Notes: generated by a model not told the origin, from the sequence alone. DNA of 57,828 nt from a virus (IMGVR_UViG_3300042355_000871:1-57828), one strand, 5' to 3'. Shown: positions 17,870-27,831, counted from the first letter of the stretch. Translations and numbers: made by a program.

Positions 17870-20800
17870 GCGCTTCCAGCCCCAGCATGTGGTAGTAAAC
17901 GGCCTTGCCGTTCGGGGTCTCAACAACCGCTTCAGGATGTGTCTGCTCCACTTCCTGCGCCATGACGCCAACATGCTTTAGCTCGGTCGCGTCCTCGGTC
18001 TTGTAGCGGAACTCGTAGATGTTGTGGCCGTTGATCTCACCGATCTTGCGGATGTCCTTCTTGAGTCGGCGGTCAGAGGTATTCGGCTGCGGCACGAACG
18101 GATTTGCCATGATGCCCGCAGCGCCCAGCCCTGCCACGCCGCCGATCATGGCGTTATATTGCGCCATCTTCTGCGCGTAGTTCGCCTGCTGGTTCTGGAA
18201 TGCCTGCTGCTGGATACCGGCAACGTCAGTCGTCTGCATCCGGTCAGGCTGCGAGATGGCGAAGTTCGGCGTCTGAACCTGCGAGCCTGAGAGCAGCGCC
18301 GCAATCTCGTTGAGCGGCTGGTTGCGTAGCGCCATCTGCTCCTGAAGCTGAGCCGCGCGCTGGCGGTCCTGCGCATCGAGCATGTTGGTGATCTGCGCAT
18401 AGCGGTTGTTGGCAATGGTGTCGTTCCTCGCCTGAACAGCCTGCTGGTTCGCGAAAGTTTGCGAGGCGTTCGAGTTGTTGAACCCCGCCGCGTTCGTCCT
18501 GTTCGCGAGATCCTGGCTGCGGAGGTCGTTGTTCATGCCCGTGCGCTGGACTTGATTGGCCCACTCTGCCGCGCTCGCCTGATTGTTGAAGCCTGCCGCA
18601 GCCAGCGCATCCGCGATCGATCGCATGCGGTTCTGGTTGGCGAAGTCAACCGTGGCGAACTGGTCCGCGCGAGCCGCGGCGTTCTGCTGGTTGTTGTACG
18701 CCGTCCGGTTAAACTGGTCGGCATTCTGCATGCCCGTGACATTGTTGTTGAACCCAAGACGGTTCTGCATGTCAGCATTGGCCTGCGTCCGGTTCGCGTT
18801 GTTGAACCCGGTGCGCGTCAGTTGGTCGGCTGCGGTCTGGCCAGCCATCTGGTTGTTGTAGCTGGTCCGCTGGAACTGATCTGCGTTCTGTTGGCCGACA
18901 GCGTTGTTGTAGAATCCTGCCGCAGCGAGCGCATCGGCATTGCCCATCGCACGGTTGCGGTTGTTGAAGTCAGCCGTCGAGACCTGATCAGCACGCTCCA
19001 GTCCGAGCGCCTGATTGTTGAAGCCGAGGCGCTCAAGCTGGGCTGCATCCTGCGCGCCCGTCGCCTGATTGTTGAACCCGGCCCGCGCCATCGCATCCGC
19101 GTTTGCTCGCGCTGCGTTCTGGTTGTTGAAGTCAGTCGCGGATAGCTGGTTGGCAAACTCCTGACCCGCGTACTGGTTATTCATGCCGAGACGGGCAAGC
19201 TGATCAGCGTTGTACGCACTGGCTGCGTTATTGTTGAACCCAGCAAAGGACAGGCGATCCGCATTTCTCTGCGAAGCATTCTGGTTGTTGAACTGCGCTG
19301 TCGAGACCTGATCGGCTCTCTCTTGTGCCGAGAGCTGGTTGTTCATGTTCAGGGTGTTGAACTGGTCTGCCCTGTCTGCGCGCATCGCATCGTTGTTGAA
19401 GCCCGTCATGGCGAGGGCGTTGGAAATCCGCTGCGATGCGTTCTGATTGTTGAAGCCCGCGATCTGTGCGCGGTCCTGCAAGCCCTGCGATGCAATCTGG
19501 TTGTTGAACTGAGCAGCCGCCATAGCCTCACCAGAACGCAGGCCCACGTTCTGGTTGTTGAACTGCGCCGCGTTGAACTGGTCCGCGCGTTCCTGCCCGG
19601 TAAGCTGGTTGTTGTAGCCGATCTGGCTGTTGGCGTTGTCGAAGGTCTGCTGGCGCGCTGAGTTTCCGAACGCTGCCGCATCGCGGTTGAGTCCGGTGAT
19701 GCGGGACTGCTCCTGCCCTGCATTCAGGATGGCTGCGATGCGCGCATCATTGGCCATCCGGCTGTTCTCATCGAGCGCACGGTCGCGGCCCGTACCCTCC
19801 CGAATGCCTCGGTTCGCAAGGTTGCTCTCAAGACGATCGCGCTGGCGATCAAGCTCAGGGTTGAGCCTCGCCATGAGGGCTTCCTCATAGCGTCTCGAAT
19901 CTCCGACCTCGTAGCCCGTCTGGAGGCCGGCATTGCCGCTCTGACGCGCATAGGACGGACCAGCGCCAATGTCTGTGTAGGAGCCGCCAGAGCCAGCCTG
20001 CACGCCCTGATAGTTCGGAGCACCGCCAATGTCGGTATACTGCGCCGTCTCGTTGACGCGGCCAGAGGCTTGACCGGCGCCTGCGCGGGCATAGCTCGGG
20101 CCACCGCCAATGTCGTTGTAGCCCTGCGCCTGTCCCGCGCGCTCGTAATCTGCGCCTGCGCCAGCGCGAGCAAAGCTAGGCCCACCGCCGACATTGCTGT
20201 AGCCCTGCTGCCCGCCTATGCGCTCGTAGGCGCCGCCCTGTCCCGCCCGGCCATAGGCTGGCCCGCCGGCTATGTCGGCATAGCCCTGACGATCCGCAGA
20301 GAGCTGATAGCCCTGCCCCGCACCCATCGCCTGATAGTTCGCGCCGGGGCCAGCATCGGCATAGCCCTGCCCCTCACCCATGCGCTCGTAGCCCTGCGCC
20401 GCACCCATACGCTCGGCTTGCAGCGAGCCGCCCACGTCCTGATAGCCGCCGCCCTGACCAACACGACCATAGCCGGGGCCAGCGCCCATCTGTTCGTATT
20501 GCGGGAGATTGCCGATGTTCTCGAACTGCGGGCCGTTGAGGTCGCCGCTGTACTGGCTCGGCTGCAAGGAACTGCGATCTGACCACGATTGGATGTTGCC
20601 CGTGTCCAGCGGACGCGAGAGCAGATCACCCGCACGCTGGGCCTGATCAGCGCCAAGGTTGGCGAGTGTGAGGTTGCCGCGGTAGTTGGCATCACGCAGC
20701 GCCTGCGCCTGCGGCGACAGGGTCGTGGTCGCCGTGTACTGCGGGAGGTTGTAATACTGGCCGCTGTTCGGATCCTGCCAGCCATAGGTGCCTGTCTGGC

Positions 20801-20942
20801 TGTAGGTAAGCGAGCCATCGGGGCCGACCTGGTTGACCTGACCCATAGCCGTGTTGGCCAGAGCAGTGTTGACAGACTGATTGGTCTGGGCTGATGCGAC
20901 CTTGATCGGATCGGGGGCTTGCGGCGCGCTTGGCTTACTCAC
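17850..20942 (-). CDS. DNA pilot/ejection-type protein with two repeat arrays and C-terminal S74-type autocleaving chaperone domain
   Basis: N-terminal MSKPSAPQAPDP; 9-aa G/Y repeats; 18-aa FNNQ repeats; C-terminal SDRRLKKDI...YEFRYK...GVMAQEVE...P.AV....G..V.Y. Confidence 0.85.
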   Translation of the reverse strand: MSKPSAPQAPDPIKVASAQTNQSVNTALANTAMGQVNQVGPDGSLTYSQTGTYGWQDPNSGQYYNLPQYTATTTLSPQAQALRDANYRGNLTLANLGADQAQRAGDLLSRPLDTGNIQSWSDRSSLQPSQYSGDLNGPQFENIGNLPQYEQMGAGPGYGRVGQGGGYQDVGGSLQAERMGAAQGYERMGEGQGYADAGPGANYQAMGAGQGYQLSADRQGYADIAGGPAYGRAGQGGAYERIGGQQGYSNVGGGPSFARAGAGADYERAGQAQGYNDIGGGPSYARAGAGQASGRVNETAQYTDIGGAPNYQGVQAGSGGSYTDIGAGPSYARQSGNAGLQTGYEVGDSRRYEEALMARLNPELDRQRDRLESNLANRGIREGTGRDRALDENSRMANDARIAAILNAGQEQSRITGLNRDAAAFGNSARQQTFDNANSQIGYNNQLTGQERADQFNAAQFNNQNVGLRSGEAMAAAQFNNQIASQGLQDRAQIAGFNNQNASQRISNALAMTGFNNDAMRADRADQFNTLNMNNQLSAQERADQVSTAQFNNQNASQRNADRLSFAGFNNNAASAYNADQLARLGMNNQYAGQEFANQLSATDFNNQNAARANADAMARAGFNNQATGAQDAAQLERLGFNNQALGLERADQVSTADFNNRNRAMGNADALAAAGFYNNAVGQQNADQFQRTSYNNQMAGQTAADQLTRTGFNNANRTQANADMQNRLGFNNNVTGMQNADQFNRTAYNNQQNAAARADQFATVDFANQNRMRSIADALAAAGFNNQASAAEWANQVQRTGMNNDLRSQDLANRTNAAGFNNSNASQTFANQQAVQARNDTIANNRYAQITNMLDAQDRQRAAQLQEQMALRNQPLNEIAALLSGSQVQTPNFAISQPDRMQTTDVAGIQQQAFQNQQANYAQKMAQYNAMIGGVAGLGAAGIMANPFVPQPNTSDRRLKKDIRKIGEINGHNIYEFRYKTEDATELKHVGVMAQEVEQTHPEAVVETPNGKAVYYHMLGLEALTEMRV
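18384..19679 (-). repeat. About 24 tandem 54-bp (18-aa) degenerate coding repeats, consensus xxGFNNQxxxQxxADQxx
   Basis: Gapless 18-residue period from AAAFGNSARQQTFDNANS to AAGFNNSNASQTFANQQA, plus one degenerate unit. Confidence 0.9.
19908..20561 (-). repeat. About 24 tandem 27-bp (9-aa) degenerate coding repeats, consensus GxGYxxxGx
   Basis: PSQYSGDLN, GPQFENIGN, LPQYEQMGA, GPGYGRVGQ ... GPSYARQSG; one unit is 11 aa. Confidence 0.85.
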
Positions 20943-20945
20943 GGG

Positions 20946-21389
20946 CTATGATCCTTCAGGTCCAAGGTAGAACTGGCCGGCTCGCCACTGCTCAGCCGTT
21001 AGTGTCCAGACGACACCGTTCTCGTCCCGACCGAAAAGGCGCGGGATGTCGATCCGGTCAAATCCGTAGCGCTTGAGCTGCCGATGCAGCCGCGTGTTGT
21101 GTTCGCTGTTGCGCGTCACGATCATCTGGCAACCAATGCCATCGAAGGCGTAGGCGAACAGCTCGTGCAGTATCTCGCGCGTCATCCACTTCGGCGTGGT
21201 CGATGCGCCAGAGAACTCGATCGTCCCCGCATGGGGATTCCACTCGTGCCAGGCCCAGCCCGCGACCAGCCTGCCGTCGTTGTCGATGACGCCAACGCAG
21301 CGAGAAGCGCCAAACCCTTGTGGGCAATTCGGCACAAGCGCAGAGACGAACCTCTCCACGTCCGCGTCATGGCCATAGAGCAGCCGCAT
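20946..21389 (-). CDS. GNAT-fold virion-associated protein
   Basis: Between the tail nozzle and ejection genes; W.TR..L..LFAYAF...GC...N......LKRYGF......RLFGR. Confidence 0.7.
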   Translation of the reverse strand: MRLLYGHDADVERFVSALVPNCPQGFGASRCVGVIDNDGRLVAGWAWHEWNPHAGTIEFSGASTTPKWMTREILHELFAYAFDGIGCQMIVTRNSEHNTRLHRQLKRYGFDRIDIPRLFGRDENGVVWTLTAEQWRAGQFYLGPEGS

Positions 21390-22972
21390 CAGACGACCGT
21401 CCCGCCTCCGTTGACGGTTAGGTGAAACACCATCAGCTCGGCATCAGGCACGGGCGTTGTCCCGCATGTGATCTGAACCTGCGGCGCGTGGCTGGAGCCT
21501 GCCCCATTGACGCTGACCCAGCGCGTCGTCGTGGTGGTTGCTTCGGTCGATCCATCCCACAGGACCGTATCCCAGAGGCCGCTGTCCCACGTCGATACTG
21601 TGGTGTCCGAAACGCTCGACGGAGGGCTGGGGAATGACTGGCCGTAATCGACGCTGCACGATAGCTGCGGGGTGAACGGAACCGACGAACGAAACACCGC
21701 CCTTGCCTGCATCGCCGTCTTGAAGGCTCCAGGCGCACCAAGGTCCGAGAAGTGCCATGCGACCTTGGCGGTATAGACCGCGCCGTCGTCATTGCCCTCG
21801 GACTGCATGATGTAGACCTTGCCCGCAGTCGAGCCGAAGTAAATCGTCTCATTGTGGTTGGCGAAACAACGGGCCGCAATGCCCGTCCATCTCGCCCACG
21901 CACCCGTCTCAAGGTTGACCACGAAGCACTGCGCCGCGGTCGTGCTGTCAACAACCGGGTTGGTGATGACCGCCATGTTCTTCTGCGGCCAGCGTTCGAT
22001 CTCCCACGGCAGGCTGATCCGGGCGAGAGCCTCGTCCTGCCAGTCCCTCTGGATCGGCAGCGACACCGCCGCCAGCGAGAGGGCTATGGCATCCTTCTGC
22101 AACACCGCGCTCAACGGGATGAGGCCGTCCGTCGTGGCGATGATGAGGTCGCCGCCCGAACGCATGAAAGCACTCTTGCCGAGCGGCACACCACCGATAT
22201 CGTAGCGACCATTCAGCGACCAGTTGGCAGCGCCTGGATCATCGCCCGAATAAATCGCAACCTCGCCCTTGTCGGAGACAAACACGCAGTAGTCGTCAAT
22301 GCCATCGCCCGCATCGGTTGACCACGTCGCGCCGAACAACAGCGAACCGCCGCGCTGGAAAACACCGCGCAGCGACATGTCACTGGCAGCACCGCCGATC
22401 GAATCGACGGGCAGATACCATGCGACCATCGTGCCGGTCTGGACGAAATAGAGCCGGTTCTTGAAGGCCCAGACAGCGCTCAGCGTGGAGGTCGTGACAC
22501 CCGTGATGGCCGGCGTCGATACGCCCGTGATAGCCGCCCACGTCGATCCGTCGTAAAGCCGCGCACTGTCGGTTCCGTTGACGGCGTACATGTAACTGCC
22601 GCCGCCCGTCTCCATCTGCTGGACCGAGTAGAAGCCGCTGGTCTGGCCCGTGACGCCGGTCGAAGGCGTCGAAGTTATGTCGTAGATTTTCGAGGCGTCC
22701 GCTGCGAACAGCTTCGAGACGCCGCTGATCCTGTAAGTGAACAGGCTGAGGACCGTGTCCGCGCCAACGTCAGCAAATTCCTGAAACCCGCCACGCACCG
22801 TGATGCCCGATTGCGTCGGTATCCAGTTGTCCATGACGATGGCAGCGCCTTGCAGATTGCCCGCAAGGTTGGTGTTCGTGACCCAACCCTTCGTTGGCGA
22901 TCGGAATGCCTGCATCTGCATCCGCGCCTGTGCCTGCGGGGGCGCTGCCTGCCTGCGGAATGCCCGTCTCAT
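21389..22972 (-). CDS. Tail tubular/nozzle (P22 gp10/T7 gp12-like) protein
   Basis: 527-aa beta-rich protein after the adaptor; WDSGLWDTVLWD motif. Confidence 0.75.
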   Translation of the reverse strand: MRRAFRRQAAPPQAQARMQMQAFRSPTKGWVTNTNLAGNLQGAAIVMDNWIPTQSGITVRGGFQEFADVGADTVLSLFTYRISGVSKLFAADASKIYDITSTPSTGVTGQTSGFYSVQQMETGGGSYMYAVNGTDSARLYDGSTWAAITGVSTPAITGVTTSTLSAVWAFKNRLYFVQTGTMVAWYLPVDSIGGAASDMSLRGVFQRGGSLLFGATWSTDAGDGIDDYCVFVSDKGEVAIYSGDDPGAANWSLNGRYDIGGVPLGKSAFMRSGGDLIIATTDGLIPLSAVLQKDAIALSLAAVSLPIQRDWQDEALARISLPWEIERWPQKNMAVITNPVVDSTTAAQCFVVNLETGAWARWTGIAARCFANHNETIYFGSTAGKVYIMQSEGNDDGAVYTAKVAWHFSDLGAPGAFKTAMQARAVFRSSVPFTPQLSCSVDYGQSFPSPPSSVSDTTVSTWDSGLWDTVLWDGSTEATTTTTRWVSVNGAGSSHAPQVQITCGTTPVPDAELMVFHLTVNGGGTVV

Positions 22973-23670
22973 GTGCCGCCCGGTACGTTGCCAGGGTAGG
23001 CATAGCGGATGCCGCGCGTGCCTCTTGCCGTACCCTGAACCAGAATGGTCGCGCCCTTGTCGCGCGCGATCAGCTTCTCCTTCAGGACTTCGTAGTCGTC
23101 CATCTCCTGCGCGTAGGGCTGACCCTTGGCCTGCTTCCAGCGGTAGATGATGCCGAGCTTGAGCAGGCGCTCATCCAGCCGGAAGTTGTCCGTGTCCGTT
23201 GCGAAGATGTTGGTGTTCGAGCCAGCGGCAGGATCAACATAGAGGTTGGACTGGTAGAAGTACCGGCAGGTGATGCCGGTGCCGGGAGCAGAGCGGATGT
23301 GCAGTTGCCCGCCATAGATGATCCACTCACCCGGAACCGGATCAAGGCCCTGCTCGATGTGCGAGAGCCAGACGTTCTCATCCACCACCTTGCAGAGCGG
23401 ACGATCATTGTCAGACGACCAGATTTCGCTGGTGTCCGGCATCCAGTCATAGTCGCTCGGGAGGCTGAAGTCTTCCGTCGTCCCATCGCCCGTCAGCGTC
23501 GCAAGGGTCTTGAGCAACTGCCATGTGTGAGCCTTGGAGATCGTGTTGGCGACATCGTTCGCGACCGCCTTCAGTTCGACATGCTCACGCACGGTAGACG
23601 CCATGACTGCATCGGGGACGGATACCCCGATGAAGCTACAGGCGTACTGTATCGCTGACAAAACGGTCAT
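22969..23670 (-). CDS. Head-tail adaptor (tail tubular protein A-like)
   Basis: HTWQLL...FSLPSDY...LLKLGIIYRWKQAKG..Y; synteny. Confidence 0.75.
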   Translation of the reverse strand: MTVLSAIQYACSFIGVSVPDAVMASTVREHVELKAVANDVANTISKAHTWQLLKTLATLTGDGTTEDFSLPSDYDWMPDTSEIWSSDNDRPLCKVVDENVWLSHIEQGLDPVPGEWIIYGGQLHIRSAPGTGITCRYFYQSNLYVDPAAGSNTNIFATDTDNFRLDERLLKLGIIYRWKQAKGQPYAQEMDDYEVLKEKLIARDKGATILVQGTARGTRGIRYAYPGNVPGGT

Positions 23671-23679
23671 CGCCGGTCC

Positions 23680-24483
23680 TTATGCTGCGATCTGGCTTGC
23701 GGCCTTCATTTTGCGATCCGCCTCAACCGCCATCTCGACCAGCTTGGCGTGGCCGCAACGATTGTGCGGCGCCTCTCCGGTCGCGTCGGTCAGATAGGCG
23801 CGCAGCGAGTCGTCATCGAAGGAATCGAATGTGGCGTAGACCGGATCGTGGTCCTGCGCGGGCGCCGCTGCCTTCTTAGGTGCAACAGGGGCCTTGCTCG
23901 ATGTCGCCGTCAGGAGCTGAGCCATCTGCGCCTTCAGTTCATCAACCTGCGCCTGCATGGCGGCTTTCTCCATCTCGTGCTGGGCATCGACAGCCGCACC
24001 GGCAGCGCGCTGGAGGTAGACCGCAGCCTGCTGACGGAGGCTGACGAGATCGCGGCCCAGCTTGGTGTTGATGTCCACCGCAGCCAGTTGCTCAGCCGTC
24101 AGGATGTTGATGGCCTTGAGTTCCAGGCGGCGCGCGTCAGTGAGGAACGGAAGCTCAGAGATCGGCGTGCCGTTGACGACATGCTCGTTGCCTGCCTTGA
24201 ACGCCTCGTAAGCGGCCTTGAAATCCGGGTGGTCCTTCCACTTGGGCCAGTAGCGCGACTGGTCCTCGCGATTGACGATCGGGCGGTCGGAACGGTCGGA
24301 TGCCGGCGCATGCAGTTCGGACTTCGTGTTGCCCGCCCACTGGATGCGGATCATCTCGACGTCGTCATAGATAGGCCGACCAGCCGAAGCGGTCTTGCCG
24401 TCGTTGATCTGGACGCCGTTGTAGAAGCTGACGACAGCCTGCGTGTGGATGATGCCACCAGCCTGGTCGATGTTCATGGACAT
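23680..24483 (-). CDS. Conserved head-region protein
   Basis: GTPISELPFL...LKAINILTAEQLA HhH-like segment plus coiled coil; lies after the capsid genes. Confidence 0.65.
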   Translation of the reverse strand: MSMNIDQAGGIIHTQAVVSFYNGVQINDGKTASAGRPIYDDVEMIRIQWAGNTKSELHAPASDRSDRPIVNREDQSRYWPKWKDHPDFKAAYEAFKAGNEHVVNGTPISELPFLTDARRLELKAINILTAEQLAAVDINTKLGRDLVSLRQQAAVYLQRAAGAAVDAQHEMEKAAMQAQVDELKAQMAQLLTATSSKAPVAPKKAAAPAQDHDPVYATFDSFDDDSLRAYLTDATGEAPHNRCGHAKLVEMAVEADRKMKAASQIAA

Positions 24484-24509
24484 TGGTTTCTCCGTCTGAG
24501 GGATTGTGA

Positions 24510-25064
24510 TTAGCGACGTGCAAATTGCAGCAGCGTCATCGACTCTTGGTAATGCGCGTAGTTCTCGGTGCGCGATTGGCTCAGCACGTAGCCATGCGGC
24601 GCAAATGCTTCGACGTATTCGGACGGTTCGCGGTTAAAGACGGGCGGATCACCCTCGCGCCGCCACTCCCGGCCCATCATCTCACTGACGCAGACAACCG
24701 GAGCTTTGATCTTGCCAAGCAGCGCGTCCAGTTCCTCGTCAGGGACATGCATCAGGACAGTATGGAACAGGTACACGTCGCCCTGCGGTAGCTCGTCCTG
24801 CACCACCTCGAATGCGTGGAGAGGGTTTCTCTCGATCGCCTCGGCAATGCTCCGCTCGTTCAGGTCGAGGCCAAGGTAGGCATGGCGATCGAAGGCGCAG
24901 GCCAGCCGTCCCGGCCCGCATCCGATCTCGACCACGAAGCCATGAGAGGCCACGTCAGCAAGATACGGCAGCAGCCACGCGCCTTCGGGATTAGCCTTGC
25001 CTGCCGGCGTGATGTGGCGAACGCCGTTCTGTGTCCGCCAGAAGTCCGAGGCTAGTTGAACCAT
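24510..25064 (-). CDS. Class I SAM-dependent methyltransferase
   Basis: VVEIGCGPGR, YLGLDLN, FHTVLMHVPDEE. Confidence 0.85.
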   Translation of the reverse strand: MVQLASDFWRTQNGVRHITPAGKANPEGAWLLPYLADVASHGFVVEIGCGPGRLACAFDRHAYLGLDLNERSIAEAIERNPLHAFEVVQDELPQGDVYLFHTVLMHVPDEELDALLGKIKAPVVCVSEMMGREWRREGDPPVFNREPSEYVEAFAPHGYVLSQSRTENYAHYQESMTLLQFARR

Positions 25065-26428
25065 AACGATGTCTCATGTGGACGCGGCTGGCCGTGAAAG
25101 AACACCACCCGCGCATCGTCAGGCACGCCGTCCCGGCATTGCGCCTTCCAGCTCACCAACTGGCCCGGCACGATATCCTGCAACCGGATCGCCATCGGCA
25201 TCTGCTGCGTGATCCATGCCTGATCGCCACGCGGATCGTCGGTCGGACAGCCAGCGTCCTGCCATGCCTGCCAGATGTGATCCGCCTCGCCTGCCGTCCA
25301 TGACATGATGCCTGAGCCCATCTGGCCCGGTTGCCAAACGTCACGCAGGCCAGCGAACGGGCCGTCATAGTCCATGAGGTCGGTCAGATCCCCGGTGATG
25401 ACGGTGTCCAGATCGAAGTAGACGCAGCGCTCGCCTTTCGGGAATCGGCCAGGCTCGAACATCTGCATCTTGGCCCACCAGTTCGCAGGACCATCGCGCA
25501 GGACGTGGAACTTGGCCTCGCCCTTGTAATGCCTCGCCACGCCCGACAGGAGCTTCGAGACGTAATCCTCGCCTCGCCCTAGATAGTCGCCCGTCGCAAC
25601 GCAAATCACGTTCAGCGGCTTCGTAGAGGCCCGGCGCGGCCAGTTGGCGACCAGGTTCGACCGCTCCCGCACCATGCTCTGAAGCAGACCGTCGCCGTGG
25701 AAGCTCACCACAGGCTTGTCCGCTTCCAGCGCGAACACTTCCTGCATTTGAAACCAGTCAGTGCATTGCGTCAGGAAATTGTTGTCCGTGACGTAGCCGT
25801 TGATCTCGATCGTTCCCACCGTGCCATCCCTGCTGTCGGGATAGGCGTGGGTCTGGGCGCCGCGATACGAGCTATCCAGCCCGTGCATCTCGAATTTACG
25901 GAACCCCATGTAATGACCGAGGTTGAGCCAGCGGATGCCCATCGTGGTCCCGCCCGCTACCATCGCCGTGCCGCGGGGTAGTGTCTCGCTGATCCCAGGC
26001 GCTCCACTCGGATGCCAGAGGATAACCTTGCTCTTGCTCAGCTTGTCGAAGACGCTCGGATGGCAGGTGGACGCCACGAAGTAGAACACGTCGGGGTGCG
26101 GTTCGATCAGGTCCGCGATGTGCGGTCTGGCATCGAGGAGCCCGCAGGCCCACGGGGTGATGCCCTTGGAGAGAAGGAAGCCCAGCCCTGCATTTGCGGT
26201 GACGATGACGCCATCAAGGTTGCGCCATGTGTCTCCGAGAGAAGGGCCACCGCCCGCAACAGTCAGTGTGTGACCGTGCGGGCGGCAGTGTTGCGGCATA
26301 GGCAGGCCCCGCCCCAGCGCAGAACGGACGTGCTCAAGCATCGTCTCGTCAGGCGTGGATACTTTCGGCGGGACCATCGAGAGGACGCGAGCAGCCGCGC
26401 CCGCGCCTCCGTCAGTCGCTCGCATCAC
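25052..26428 (-). CDS. Fusion of a Maf/MptE-like (DUF115-type) domain and a GT-A glycosyltransferase
   Basis: N-half VAGGGPSL...LDAR...GGTTMG...MGFRKFEMHGLDSS; C-half WWAKMQMF...YFDLDTVITGDL...GDQAWI...VFFHGQPRPH. Confidence 0.8.
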   Translation of the reverse strand: MMRATDGGAGAAARVLSMVPPKVSTPDETMLEHVRSALGRGLPMPQHCRPHGHTLTVAGGGPSLGDTWRNLDGVIVTANAGLGFLLSKGITPWACGLLDARPHIADLIEPHPDVFYFVASTCHPSVFDKLSKSKVILWHPSGAPGISETLPRGTAMVAGGTTMGIRWLNLGHYMGFRKFEMHGLDSSYRGAQTHAYPDSRDGTVGTIEINGYVTDNNFLTQCTDWFQMQEVFALEADKPVVSFHGDGLLQSMVRERSNLVANWPRRASTKPLNVICVATGDYLGRGEDYVSKLLSGVARHYKGEAKFHVLRDGPANWWAKMQMFEPGRFPKGERCVYFDLDTVITGDLTDLMDYDGPFAGLRDVWQPGQMGSGIMSWTAGEADHIWQAWQDAGCPTDDPRGDQAWITQQMPMAIRLQDIVPGQLVSWKAQCRDGVPDDARVVFFHGQPRPHETSLWFN

Positions 26429-26919
26429 GAGATGATCGAGACGCGGTCAGCCGTATATGGTCGGTTCAGTTCAAAGTCAGCAACGCCAGAGCTGGCCACC
26501 GTCGTGCTTGCGCCGAGGGCGCCCCAGACATAGTCACCGGCCACAGACGCATCATCCACCGATCCGGCAGTGCCGGTGATGTAGACACGCCCGTTGTCCG
26601 CGAACGAGGTCAGGCACGAGCCAATGGCCTTGCCGCTGATCTGGAACCAGCCCCAGTACGAGGCCGTCAGGGTTGCCATAGCGACAGCGCAAGAGCCGAT
26701 GGCGTTGGCGGCAAGCCGCGTCACGCTTCCATCGTCCGTGTTGAGCGTCACCCAGTTGCGGATGGCGCACGATGCGACACCCTTCATGTAGACGAACTCG
26801 CCAGCGCCATACGTCTCGTCCTTGCACAAGACGATGGTTCCGGTGTCGTGTTTCTTCGTAGCAGATTTCTCGGCAATCGCCTGGTTGAGCAGGAAGTTGC
26901 CAGCAGGTGTCCAAGTCAT
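26425..26919 (-). CDS. Putative capsid decoration/cement protein
   Basis: Directly after the capsid gene; AGGA SD then ATG 26919; G.GEFVY.KG...WGWFQISG. Confidence 0.7.
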   Translation of the reverse strand: MTWTPAGNFLLNQAIAEKSATKKHDTGTIVLCKDETYGAGEFVYMKGVASCAIRNWVTLNTDDGSVTRLAANAIGSCAVAMATLTASYWGWFQISGKAIGSCLTSFADNGRVYITGTAGSVDDASVAGDYVWGALGASTTVASSGVADFELNRPYTADRVSIIS

Positions 26920-26957
26920 TGGAGTTTTCCTATTGGATTGTTGTGAAGGCGACCAAG

Positions 26958-26993
26958 TCCAGCGGCTCACCCATCTAAGGACAAGCCGCTGGA
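26958..26993 (-). promoter_or_regulatory. Stem-loop after the capsid gene (no U-tract; attenuator or RNA-stability element)
   Basis: TCCAGCGGCT...AGCCGCTGGA inverted repeat. Confidence 0.45.
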
Positions 26994-27019
26994 AGGGTCA
27001 GTTGCTCAGGTCAGGTCGA

Positions 27020-27831
27020 TCAGGGGCTGGAATCGTACAGCTTGGCAGTGTGGACGGGGTTCTTGAGAACCAGTTCGCCCATGAAGCCAATGTGCTGGAC
27101 CACAGCGTCCTGGTTGATCGGCATCTGCTTGCCACCGAACCGCTCGAAGTTGCGGTCCTTGTTGTAGTAGAAATGCAGATCCTTCATCGAGATGAAGTAG
27201 CTCGCGTCGTCCGGCATGGCCGTACCGACACCGCCTTCGAGAACCACGTCGATCGACTTGCCAGCCCCATAATATTTCATGGCGCTGAAACCGCCTTTTC
27301 CAAGGCCGTTCTCGTCGTTGATGCGCTGGATGGCCGAGAGGGCCGCATCATACGCCTGATAGTGCTGCGTCGAGCAGGTGATCAGGTCGGGGCCGCGTTG
27401 ACCGCGCGAGCGTGCGAACACGACGTGGTTGAACAGCGGACGCACCGTGGTCGAAGTGACCGCAGTAATCGCCGTGCCGGCAACCGTGATCGAGTTGGCG
27501 TTGTAGGTCGTCGTCCGCCATTGGGTGTTGCTTACCCGGCTGATGCCGCCATACGTGCCGGTCGAGGTCGTGGTCGGAATGGCAAGCTGGAGCCCGCCGA
27601 TCTGGTTGTCCGAAGAGCCAGCAGAGTGGATGTCCTCGCAGAAGCGATCCTGCAATTCCATCTCGGCAGCTTCCATGTGCATCTCGAACACGTTTTCGAG
27701 TTGCCCTTCTCCGCTGTTCTGAAGGATTTCCTGACCCGTCAGCATGATCGAGACCGCGCCCAATTTCGGCGTGAACTCGGCATCGTTGAACAGATCGACC
27801 GGCGACGGGGCAAGAAATTGAGCACCATTGT
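27020..27831 (-). CDS. Major capsid protein, exon 2
   Basis: Frame is open upstream of the track ORF: (Y)NGAQFLAPSPVDLFNDAEFTPKLGAVSIMLTGQE...TGTYGGISR...PINQDA. Confidence 0.88.

Noticed and set aside
18384-20561. CRISPR array or non-coding repeat array
   Set aside because: The repeats are degenerate, in frame and conserved at protein level; there are no spacers or cas genes.
23680-24483. J-domain co-chaperone (HPD tripeptide)
   Set aside because: HPD occurs here and in a few other ORFs, but without a J-domain helical context.
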